DNA from: Octopus vulgaris
Taxonomy: Eukaryota
Length of the DNA stretch: 64,000 bases
Reading direction: 5' to 3'
Assembly (NCBI GenBank): GCA_951406725.2
Contig: OX597826.1
Coordinates: 45,322,001 to 45,386,000, forward strand
The position numbers were made by a program, and so were the translations under genes. The notes under the pieces were generated by a model that worked only from the letters and a program-made list of their open reading frames with translations, did no database searches and was not told the DNA's origin. The stretch's first letter is position 1, and each line of letters begins with the position of its first letter. Shown piece after piece: positions 53,855 to 64,000 of the stretch.

Positions 53855-54603
53855 TATACCTCAACTTTAGAATAAAAGAAATATTCACACACAAATATTA
53901 CATTCCAAAGAATCCATTACTAATCACAGCTTAAATCACAGCTATAATCCATAACATACCAACTTCAAGTCATACAACACCTCACTACTTTAACCCAATC
54001 ATATTCTCCCTTCTCTGTTTTTTCTTCTTCTTCCTCTTCTTCTTCATCATCATCATTATCATCATCATCGTCGTCATAATCATCACCACCATCACCATCA
54101 TCGTCATCTTCTCCTTCTCCTTCTTCTTCTGCTCCTTCATCATCATCATCATCATCAACATCGTCATCTTCTTCTTCTTCTTCTTCTTCTTCTTCTTCTT
54201 CTTCTTCTTCTTCTTCTTCTTCTTCTTCTTCTTCTTCTTCTTCTTCTACTTCTCCACCTCCTACCCCTTAACTTTGTCACTAATGTCTTTTAGTATAACA
54301 CCTACGCAAATTCTATAAACAAGCCTGTCAATATAAATATTCTCCTGAATTGAACTGAGACTGCCAGCCGCCACTGACCATTCAAAATACGACCATCAGG
54401 GCACTCCCAGATCCTCCCACCCCTTTCCTCACCAGCTTTCTTCCTCTACTACCCTACCAAGAACTCACAACGACCTCCAACACACAAGTGCAAACAAGGG
54501 AGTCAGAGAAAGGCAGAATGCCACTTAAATCTGAACACTACTATAGAAATATTCTTTTAAAAAAACTTTTCTTCTAATTTTTCTAAATTTAATTATTTAA
54601 TCG

Positions 54604-54647
54604 TTACAGTTGAAAAGGTCTCAAAATGACCGAAACCGGTACTGAAA
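54604..54647 (+). ncRNA. Minimal type I hammerhead motif (U3-A8) in the Penelope pLTR
   Basis: cag-TTGAAAA-ggtc(tcaaaat)gacc-GAA-ACCGGT-A-ctg. Confidence 0.78.
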
Positions 54648-54727
54648 TGTTCACTATAAAATTATTTTAGCATTTTCTATTTTTGACTTGTTTTTTCATA
54701 TATATCAACTCGTGTGTTCCTTTTCAC

Positions 54728-54778
<51 letters not shown>

Positions 54779-55135
54779 TGTATATCCATATGCTTCTGTG
54801 CTTGTTGTTGGAGAAATAACAACTATCTCATGCTGGGATAGATATAATTTCCCATGCAATAAACTCAGTGGTATATAGAATATCAGGTGTCTATGTGGAT
54901 AGAGGTAATTCTAACACCCACTTCGATGTCAGCATGTTGTTAATAATTCCACAGAGGTTAGCGAACGCATCAGATTATGCCTTCTGCACTTCTCATGATT
55001 ACTTGAACGAATATATATTATATGTTGGCTGTGTGGTACGTTGCTTGCTCTCTAGCCATATGATTTGGGGTTCAGTCCTTTTGCGTGGCTCCTTGGGTAA
55101 GAGCTTTCTGAAATAGCTCTGGGTCGACCCAACTT

Positions 55136-55650
55136 ACTAGACATCAAATGGAAGTTTTTAACACCAGACACCGTTGTTCTTCAGTAAGCTAACACATCCA
55201 GTATTGAAATGATCCTGATACGCAATCAGAGGCGTTGGGTTGGGCACCTTGCTGGAATGCAGGATGACAAGTTGCCAAGGCAATTGTTTTACGGGAAGTT
55301 GCAGCGTGGCAAACGTCCTAGATATAAGCTTAAGAAATGTTTTAGGGATGCTGTCAAAAGCAATCTTAAGGCTCTTAAGGTGAAAGCTGAAAACTGGGAG
55401 CAGATGACGCAAGATCGATCGGTATGGAAGCAAATGATCTACAATAGATGTAAAGAATTTGAAGCTCCAAGAATTGAACAAGCTGTCTTGAAACGAGCAC
55501 TTCGTAGACAGGACTTACCTACAATCCCAGACATCCTTCTGCTTACAAATATTTGTAAGATCTGCAGTAAAGTTTGTTTGTCAAGATCTCATGACAGTAT
55601 TTGTTAATTGAAGAGATGGCCTTCTTCTGTAAAGAAGTGGCAATCATCAT

Positions 55651-55655
<5 letters not shown>
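55136..55655 (+). pseudogene. RTE-clade LINE 3' fragment
   Basis: RWVGHLAGMQDDKLPRQLFYGKL..GKR...WEQMTQDRSVWK, C-terminal CxxC and (ATC)n tail. Confidence 0.85.
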
Positions 55656-55696
<41 letters not shown>

Positions 55697-55704
<8 letters not shown>

Positions 55705-55985
55705 AACAAAAGCCGAAGACAGGTGAATGGACAACAAAGCGGCAAGCAGGTGTATTAGAATGGGAAACTCTTTGACGTTTCAAGCCTACGCTTTTCGATT
55801 GAGAGGAAATAAAAACGGTGAGAGAACGAAACAGAAAAAAAAAAACGAGAGAGAAAAATGTGTGGTGATTAACGGTTCAATTTATATATAAGTATTTGTG
55901 AACATATTTTTTTACTTGTTTCAGTCATTTCACTGCGACCATACTGGTGCACACACATACATATGTGTGTGTGAGCGTGTGTGTG
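55697..55985 (-). repeat. Inverted copy of 50337-50660
   Basis: Includes the hammerhead-bearing element, the SINE B tail and the CA tract, with indels. Confidence 0.88.
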
Positions 55986-56344
55986 TTTGTGTCTGTGCTT
56001 TTACATTTGTTTATTATTTTTAGTATTCTTTTAAGAAAGAATCAAAACCACCAGACATAGAATTTGGAGAGAAACAATGATGTTTACACTGTTATATGCA
56101 TTCGGGTTTGAAAATCAGATCTCAATTTCAAGGACAATTCCCTATCTTCTTCCTACAGGTCTAGAAGAGGGTACTGACAAAAAGACTCATATATATTTGA
56201 TTTTCCTTTATTGAGAAAATTATAAAAAAACTGTGTATATATATATAGGAATATATGTGTACGTAAGTATACAAATGTGCATGTATGCCCACGTAAGTAG
56301 GTGCACATATATGTGTTGTGTGTGTGTGTGTGTGAGTGTTTGTA

Positions 56345-56707
56345 TGTTTGTGTTTGTCCCCCTAACATCGCTTGACAACTGTTGCTGGTTTGTTTACGTC
56401 CGTGTAACTTAGCGGTTCGGCAAAAGAAACCGATAGAATAAGTACTAGACTTACAAAGAATAAGTCCTGGGTTTGATTTGATTCGACTAAAGGCAGTCAA
56501 ATGACTGAAACAAATAAAAGAAAAAAGAAAAAAAGAAAGAATATATGTATTTATATTTGCATGCATTCATATTTGTATGCATTCTTTTATTCTTTTGTTC
56601 TTTTACAGGTTTCAGACATTTGACTGCAGCCATACTGAAGCACCGCCTTGAGGAGTTAGTCGAGCAAATCCACCCCAGAACTTATTTATTGTAAGTCTAG
56701 TACTTAT

Positions 56708-56710
<3 letters not shown>
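56345..56710. mobile_element. Tail-to-tail SINE family B 3' halves
   Basis: Plus copy at 56345-56530 and minus copy at 56580-56710. Confidence 0.8.
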
Positions 56711-56760
<50 letters not shown>

Positions 56761-56852
56761 TAAAACGGTAAGATAACATAAGACAGAAAGATATCTCAAT
56801 ATTATGTAAATAGAGGAAATTTATCTATAAAATAATATGTTACATTACTCGA

Positions 56853-56926
56853 TAGTCAAGATAAAACTCTGAGTTTCAGATGCCGAAGTGGGAATCCACA
56901 ACGTCATCTCTTCGGTTATCTGGCTA
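56853..56926 (-). ncRNA. Type I hammerhead motif, C4 variant, in a (TA)n-flanked element (56757-56940)
   Basis: Minus strand agataa-CCGAAGA-gatgacg..gtgg(attc)ccac..cggcatc-t-GAA-ACTCAGAGT-T-ttatct. Confidence 0.72.
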
Positions 56927-57389
56927 TTTCCTGGCTATATATATATGAGCTATATATTTATCTGGCTATATATATATGAGCTTTTTTATCTTTTATTTGT
57001 TTCAGTCAGTACCCTGCAGCTATACTGGAGCGCCGTCATGATGGGTTTAATCAAACCCTAGTGTAAGCCTGCTATTTATTGTATATATCCCTTTTGACGA
57101 TCCGTTAAGCTAGGTGGCCATAAAGAAACCGCTACAAGTTATAAGGCAGTGGTGGGGGACAGTAGTGGCTATAGTGGGTTCCGCATAGGGTTGCCTTGGG
57201 TGCCCCATGGTGTGTGGTTGAGAAGCAAACTTCTTACCGCACAGCCACACAGCCTGCGCCTAAGAATCTATAAATGTAAAAAAAAAGGCACACTGTCTCA
57301 TTTATATGTGTATATAAATAAATATATGTGCGTGTATATGTGTGTGTTAAGCGATTCATATCACTTCCACAGTTGATAATGGCCAAGCG

Positions 57390-57900
57390 AAATAGATGCT
57401 TGGTAGAGTAAGGTACGATCTATAAGAAAGAAGCTGAAATATAGAATTAGTGTAGACACCAAAGCACGGTTGGAGCTCCCAAATGAAAGATGTCGGTTTG
57501 GCGTATGTGCATGAAGTGGTGGACAGGATTAAAGTAGAAGTGAATTCCATGTACATTCGTGTAAAGGGAGAGGAACTATATAGTGAATTTATTCATATCA
57601 GGATTTTGAAGAAAACCGATTGTTTTAATGGAAGAGACAAAGACGAAATCATGATTTATGAGTTGGCTGCTAACCCACTACGATGGTTCTTCGGAGATGT
57701 CCGATTTGATGACAATGGTATCAGAAGGGTCTCCTAAAACCCTGAGATTTCTAGGAAGGAAACAATTGCCACAGATAGGAGGATAGATATAAAACATACA
57801 TCAGGTAATAAAGCTGCTATTGAGGATGTTATGCATCATCAATCAGAGGTACAATAGAAGAAAACGCATTGTCAGAAACCTTGCGTCATGAGAAAGGGGT
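57390..57900 (+). pseudogene. Old RTE-like LINE relic
   Basis: ..ILKK...RDK.EI.....LRWFFGDVR resembles the RTE 'LRWFGHV.R' region. Confidence 0.5.
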
Positions 57901-57939
57901 TTTTCAAACTTGAGTGGGGGAGCATTCATGCAATATTTC

Positions 57940-58422
57940 TTATTTCTTTATTGCCCACAAGGGGTTAAACACAGAGGGGACAAACAAGGACAGACAAAGG
58001 GATTAAGTCGATTACATCGACCCCAGTGCGTAACTGGTACTTAATTTATTGACCCCGAAAGGATGAAAGGCAAAGTCGACCTCGGCGGAATTTGAACTGT
58101 GAACGTAGCGGTATACGAAATACCTATTTCTTTACTACCCACAAGGGGCTACACACAGAGGGGACAAACTAGGACAGACAAAGGGACTTAGTCGATTACA
58201 TCGACCCAATTGCGTAACTGCTATCTAATTTATCGACCCCGAAAGGATGAAAGGCAAAGTCGACCTCGGCGGAATTTGAACTCAGAACGTAACGGCAGAC
58301 GAAATACGGCTAAGCATTTCGCCGGGCGTGCTAACGTTTCTGCCAGCTTGCCACGTAACGGTAGACGAAATACCGCTAAGCATTTCGCTCGGCGTGCTAA
58401 CGGTTCTGCCATCTCACCGCCT
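57940..58422 (-). mobile_element. SINE A copy (58125-58353) nested inside another SINE A copy
   Basis: 21-bp duplication at 58104-58124 and 58354-58374 (2 mismatches). Confidence 0.9.
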
Positions 58423-59626
58423 TACAATATTTCTACCGACAGAACTCCACTTAAGGTACTCAAGTACCAAGAGATGTTATTAAACTGGGAGGGTTACCAA
58501 GCTTTAACAGGACTCTGCTAGTTTATTGTGTTACCAGTACTAGAGAGGTTCTATTACAGAATATAGAGTCCATTCTATTCTCTACAGATCGTTCACAGAG
58601 CAGAGTGACGAAATTTCTTGACGAGTGCTCCTCGCTCTATTTGGAGAGTCGTTGATTCTTTCATAATACTTTCTGAAAGATTACAAATGGCTTGTATCGA
58701 GGATGCTTGAAAAGGAAAAAGAATGAGGTAGAAAGAAAGAGAGAGAGAGACAGGCTGACAGAGAGTTTGATGAGCGTGTGAGAAAGACAGCGCGTAAGAA
58801 AGAAAAATGGAAGATATTTAAATGTAGGGTTATGGGCAACCTTTTTCGAGAAATGAGCCGTATGAGACAGGGTTCATCGTCAGACGGGCCGCAGTGCTAA
58901 AAATTTCAAGGTAATTCTTCTGTTCGAGTACCATTTATTATCTTCCTTGAGCCGCAGTTTTCTCATGACTGATCTAGAGATGGAAGAAGACAGTAAAGAA
59001 CAGAAATCTGAGAACGATTGACAGACAGAAAGAGAGAGGGAGAGAGAGAGAGAGAGACAGACAGATAGAGGAAGATGGAGTGATAGAGAGAGGTAGAGAG
59101 AGTCGGAGAGACAGCGAAAGAGGGATAGGGGGAAAGTAGAGATAGAGGAAGAAAAGATGGTGCGTAAGGGAAGACAAGTGAAAACGGAGGCAGCAAGTTA
59201 CAAGTGAAGCTTCAAACTAAGACCTTGATGGTGAAGGTGAAAAAAACCCAAAAAACAGGGGAGCTGGGAGAGCAGCAGGCGGTCCATCAAGACGAATTAT
59301 AGCAAGCTGAAGATAAACATAATATTTCTTGCCATTACTACCGACTGAGTGACTCATCAAGCTTTGGCCGTTTATAAGAATGTACTAATGCGGTTGGGGG
59401 GAGAAAAGAAAGGAGGGATGGGGAGAGAGGGGGAGGAGATAAGAGAGAGGAAAGGAGGGAGAAAAAAAAACACTACCGAGAAAGTGATGTTAATAGCTGA
59501 ACACACATGCATACACACAACCACTAAGATACAGACAGACAGACACAGACACACAGACACGCTCGCATACAGATAATATATATATATATATATATGTATA
59601 CTCATTATATACGTATTTTTACTGTT

Positions 59627-59686
<60 letters not shown>

Positions 59687-59713
59687 ATAATATACGTAGA
59701 TATATATATATAT

Positions 59714-60729
59714 ATAACATAAGGGACTAAAGCCATCTGAATATGGCTAGGGACAGGGCAGGGTGGTGGGGGTGTTACTGTTGCATTTAGCCCCAGGTGA
59801 ACATCGACGTCGCCAGATAGGCCCGACACCGTCACGGTGTCCTTTAACCTGCAAAGGGAGATAATTCCCCGATGAAGCGGAAACCACACATGGACCATGG
59901 TTTCAAGGTGTATTGCCTATCGTCAACGTGTGGTAGGCTTCCGCTTCCTCGACGAATTCTCACTCTGCAGGATATTCATATATAGATTTTCAAGCAAAAT
60001 ACATTTGCTGATTTCGAAAATCTGTTCGACAGCAATAATAATTCTCTAAAAGAGATATAGACAGTAACTGCTCGATAACATAAGGGACTAAAGCCATCTG
60101 AATATGGCTAGGGACAGGGCAGGGTGGTGGGGGTGTTACTGTTGCATTTAGCCCCAGGCGAACATCGACGTCGCCAGATAGGCCCGGCAGGTTAAAGGAC
60201 ACCGTGACGGTGTCGGGCCTATCTGGCGACGTCGATGTTCGCCTGGGGCTAAATGCAACAGTAACACCCCCACCACCCTGCACTGTCCCTAGCCATATTC
60301 AGATGGCTTTAGTCCCTTATGTTATCGAGCAGTTACTGTCTATATCTCTTTTAGAGAATTATTATTGCTGTCGAACAGATTTTCGAAATCAGCAAATGCA
60401 TTTTGCTTGAAAATCTATATATGAATATCCTGCAGAGTGAGAATTCGTCGAGGAAGCGGAAGCCTACCACACGTTGACGATAGGCAATACACCTTGAAAC
60501 CATGGTCCGTGTGTGGTTTCCGCTTCATCGGGGAATTATCTCCCTTTGCAGGTTAAAGGACACCGTGACGGTGTCGGGCCTATCTGGCGACGTCGATGTT
60601 CGCCTGGGGCTAAATGCAACAGTAACACCCCCACCACCCTGCCCTGTCCCTAGCCATATTCAGATGGCTTTAGTCCCTTATGTTATCGAGCAGTTACTGT
60701 CTATATCTCTTTTAGAGAATTATTATTGC

Positions 60730-60730
<1 letters not shown>
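59714..60730. mobile_element. 361-bp unit in tandem plus inverted arrangement, (TA)n-flanked, hammerhead-bearing (retrozyme or pLTR-like)
   Basis: Period 361 (59715/60076 and 60187/60548); strand switch at 60186/60187. Confidence 0.9.
60467..60516 (+). ncRNA. Type I hammerhead motif; mirror copy at 59884-59933 on the minus strand
   Basis: cacacg-TTGACGA-t-agg(caataca)cct-t-GAA-ACCATGGT-C-cgtgtg; stem I extends to 60442-60537. Confidence 0.78.
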
Positions 60731-60760
<30 letters not shown>

Positions 60761-60809
60761 ATATAATATACGTATATATATATATATATATACACACTTA
60801 TTATATGTG

Positions 60810-60844
<35 letters not shown>

Positions 60845-61195
60845 GCACGCACACACACACACATATATATATATATATGAACATACAACTGCATATATAC
60901 ATATATATTTACATGCACACATCCAAAACATACATGACTATGTGCATATCTACACATTTATTCACACATACATATGCGCATACACATATATCTACTTAGA
61001 AACCAGCTTATATACGTGCTGATCTCTGTGCATCCACGAAAACACATGTACATAAAAACATACATAAATACAAACATAGATAAAAAGACATTGATGCATA
61101 TATATGTGTATACATATATATATTTGTTGTGTTATCTCCAATGAAATTTGTTCAAACGTAGCCAACTACTTTCGTAGTAATACATGAGTATAGAG

Positions 61196-61304
61196 TTTTA
61201 TTGAAAAATATTGATGCAACGATCGTTTCAAACTAAGTCATCATCAGACGCGCTGATAGTGACCTAAGGTCGAAACTTTTGTTGTGTCAATTTTGAAATA
61301 AAAA
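61196..61304. ncRNA. Two decayed hammerhead motifs back-to-back in a short palindrome
   Basis: Minus CTGATGA-tgac..-GAA-ACGATCGT-T; plus CTGATAG-t-gac(ctaag)gtc-GAAA..TT-gtgtc. Confidence 0.6.
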
Positions 61305-61509
61305 ATATCCATACATGCATACATACGTACGTCCCTGTGTGTAACCGCATACACAAATGCATCATACATGCATACACTCATACGCGCATTAATACTCATA
61401 CATTAATGCTTACAAACATGCGCTCACAAGCACATGCATGCACATACCTACACAATGCATAAACCTATAAACTCGTACATGTGTATATACATATAAATAT
61501 ATACATATA

Positions 61510-62758
61510 CAGGGGTTGGACAAAATAATGGAAACACCGAGCACCATTTCATCATAATTTTGGAATATCTATAAAACCGTCAAAGCCTTGTTTATTTTTT
61601 ATATTTTTTAATCTATTATTAGAGTTGCTTAATATTTTTTGCTAAAATTGCTGTTTCTTTCCAGATATCATCAGAAAAAAGTAATTAAAATTCGTTAAAA
61701 TGACAGATATATCGGACTTTGAAACAGGTCAAATTGTTGGTGCTTGTATGGCAGGTGCTAGCGTAACGAAAACAGCCGTAAAGTTTGGTGTATCAAGAAA
61801 TACTGTCTCGAAAGTAATGACAGCATTTGAGAAAGAGGGAAAAACGTCCTCGTCGAAACAAAACTCCGGAAGAAAACCAAAACTTTCAAATAGGGACCGT
61901 CCAACTCTTACGCGAATTGTTAGAAAGGATCACAAAAGTACAGCTCCCAAAATTATTGCAGAGCTTAATGACTACCCCGAGAACCCAGTTTCGCCAGGAA
62001 CTGCACAAGACCGGATTTCACAGGAGGGCTGAAATCAGAACAACACTACTTTCAAAAACAAACGTTGCAAAGCGTTTAGAGTGGAGTAAAAGCCTACAGA
62101 ATTAGTCCCTAGAACAGTGGAAGAAAGTTATTTTCTCGGACGAGTCATCCTTTGCCTTATTTCCAACTACCGGCCGAATATATGTGTGGAGACAGCGAAA
62201 AGAAGCATTTGAACTAGAAAGCCGTCTTCCAACTGTTAAACATGGAGGAGGATCTGTGATGATCTGGCGGGGTGGGGGTGTGGATGGGGGCTATATCTTG
62301 GAAATCCCCGGCTCAATGGTTTCCCTTCATGGCAAAATTAATGGTCAAGAGTATTTAATCATTTTATCTGATCAAATTCCAGAGGGAAACGCAATCTTTC
62401 AGGATGATAATGCACCAATTCACACAGCTAAAGTTGTTACTGAATGGCACGAGGAATATTCTAGTGAAGTTGAACATCTTATCTGGCCACTACAGTCCCC
62501 AGGTCTCAATATAGTTGAACATTTATGGTGCATTTTAGAAAAACAATAAGGGGTCGATATCCTCCACCACCTACAAGAACTGGAGACTGTTTTAGCTGAA
62601 AAAATGGACAAAAATTCTTTTGGAAAAAATTCAAACTTTGTACGAGACCATACCTCATAGAATTCAAGCTGTAATTACTGCCAAAGGCGGTCCTACCCGA
62701 TATTAAAATATATTTGTTTGAAATTTTAAGGTGTCTCTATTATTTTCTCCTACCTCTA
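61510..62758 (+). mobile_element. Tc1-like DNA transposon (about 1.25 kb)
   Basis: TIRs caggggttggacaaaataatggaaacacc / ggtgtctctattattttctcctacctcta with flanking TA. Confidence 0.92.
61700..62706 (+). pseudogene. Tc1 transposase pseudogene (DDE type)
   Basis: HTH, SGRKPKLS, W.KVIFSDES, PTVKHGGGSVMIW, FQDDNAPIH, WP.QSPGLNIVEHLW; several frameshifts and stops. Confidence 0.92.
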
Positions 62759-62836
62759 TATATACTTCCTTATTTGCAATCTTCATACACACTAGCATGC
62801 CTACCAAGCAACATATACACATATATAGACAGATCA

Positions 62837-62871
<35 letters not shown>

Positions 62872-62872
62872 T

Positions 62873-62934
<62 letters not shown>

Positions 62935-64000
62935 GTTTCTTTATTAGCCACACAGGGCTGCACACAGATAGAACAAATTACAAGGTAGAGCTTTTCTTTT
63001 GAAGGTTTAAAAAAAAAAAAAAATAATAATAATAATAAAATAACAAATAAAATAAAATAAAAAAGGGGGGTCGATCAAAAGGGATCGTAAAAGGAGAGAA
63101 AGAGGATAAAAAAAGGGGGGGATTAAAAAAAAAGGGGGAGAGGAAAAAAATTGATCAATAGGGATCGTTATCACAGAAATGTCAATATGAAGTGTAAAGG
63201 GGAGGACAGGTGAGGTTTACCCGTGGAAAGAAAAGCCTACGGAAAAGACCACGGTAACCTCGGTCAATGAAGTCACATGTTATATTTCTTTTTTTTTTTT
63301 GCAAATAAGCAACTCTCTGTATTAATTTTTACGGTTCATAGAATCATAGTCAAGGTGGCTTCGTCATTCATACGTGCCATCCTTGCTACATTCACCCATC
63401 TTTTTTTAAAACATTCACTAGACAAAACTTGCCTCTCTACTCTCACTTTTTTCTTCAAGTGATACTTGAAGAAGTTGATGAGAGATTGACCAGAGAGGAA
63501 AGTGTTTGTCTCTAATCCTTTCAGACGCGTCCACCAGATACATTCTTTCGCCATAGCCACAAGTATGATAAAAATAGCTCTTCCTTCCCGTTTGAAGGAA
63601 GGAGGCGTGACGATATTAACGATAGACTCGGCTGATAAACCGACACGTCCCACACGTGACAGCAGTCGTTCGACATAAGCCCACAGGTGGGAAATTGCTG
63701 GACACTGCACGATTGCGTGCAGAGCGGTTTCGTCGCTCTGACCGCATCTCGGGCAGGTCGGCCCCGTGTTTCTCAAGCCATGCCTATAGAGCTTATCCCG
63801 AACGGGTAGCGCTTCTCGGTAGCACCGCCAGGCCAGGGATCTCTGGAAGTTGTCCATAGGTCCCGGGCCGAAAGTCGTTTGAAACAGGCGGGTCAGGTAT
63901 TCCTCGTCGACGCCCAGGTTTGTCCCGAGCTCGTCGTCGTACCTCCCCTCCACTAATCCCCTATAGAATGCTTTGGTTGTGTTGAAGTCACTCAAGGTCG
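62935..64000 (-). mobile_element. 3' end of a Tx1/L1-type non-LTR retrotransposon ending at (ATCT)n
   Basis: ORF2 C-terminus followed by a pyrimidine-rich 3' UTR ending ...gtggctaataaagaaac(atct)n. Confidence 0.85.
63336..64000 (-). CDS. LINE ORF2 C-terminal zf-RVT (CCHC-type) region, partial (runs off the window)
   Basis: WRCYREALPVRDKL...CPRCGQSDETALHAIVQCP..LW..V; AKECIWWTR. Confidence 0.88.
   Translation of the reverse strand, partial: TLSDFNTTKAFYRGLVEGRYDDELGTNLGVDEEYLTRLFQTTFGPGPMDNFQRSLAWRCYREALPVRDKLYRHGLRNTGPTCPRCGQSDETALHAIVQCPAISHLWAYVERLLSRVGRVGLSAESIVNIVTPPSFKREGRAIFIILVAMAKECIWWTRLKGLETNTFLSGQSLINFFKYHLKKKVRVERQVLSSECFKKRWVNVARMARMNDEATLTMIL

Larger units (their letters stand above)
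52230..54731 (+). mobile_element. 5'-truncated Penelope-like retroelement (Neptune-type) with inverted 5' arm, inserted in (TA)n
   Basis: RT C-terminus + GIY-YIG ORF; 52230-52709 is the reverse complement of about 54220-54700; hammerhead in the terminal repeat; (TA)n on both sides. Confidence 0.93.

Noticed and set aside
58822-58960. Possible hAT MITE start (gggcaacctttt...gggccgca)
   Set aside because: No matching second TIR or TSD found
59626-60756. Repeated 'TVSGLSGDVDVRLGLNATVTPPPP' ORFs
   Set aside because: They arise from the 361-bp tandem/inverted unit and have no consistent start or stop

Overview
This is a repeat-dominated, AT-rich eukaryotic genomic segment, most likely intronic or intergenic DNA of an octopus (inferred from the tRNA-derived SINE families and extreme microsatellite load). 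I can support no host protein-coding gene; nearly all listed ORFs are microsatellite translations. Recognisable mobile DNA includes three SINE families in many copies, a 5'-truncated Neptune-type Penelope-like element (RT C-terminus + GIY-YIG, with an inverted 5' arm), the 3' end of a Tx1/L1-type LINE, RTE fragments, a near full-length decayed Tc1 element and mariner/hAT relics. The most striking signal is a dense set of short non-coding elements, mostly beside (TA)n or other microsatellites and often arranged as fold-backs or tandem units. They carry minimal type I hammerhead-ribozyme motifs: about 15 motifs of varying quality from roughly ten sequence-distinct families, with palindromic loop III and covarying core positions 3/8 (C-G, U-A, G-C). 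One is a 361-bp retrozyme-like tandem/inverted unit. A second signal is a SINE that shares its 3' tail with the Tx1-like LINE and repeatedly sits in front of GGTAT within its own family, with 17-21 bp target duplications. All folds and alignments were done by eye and many boundaries are approximate.
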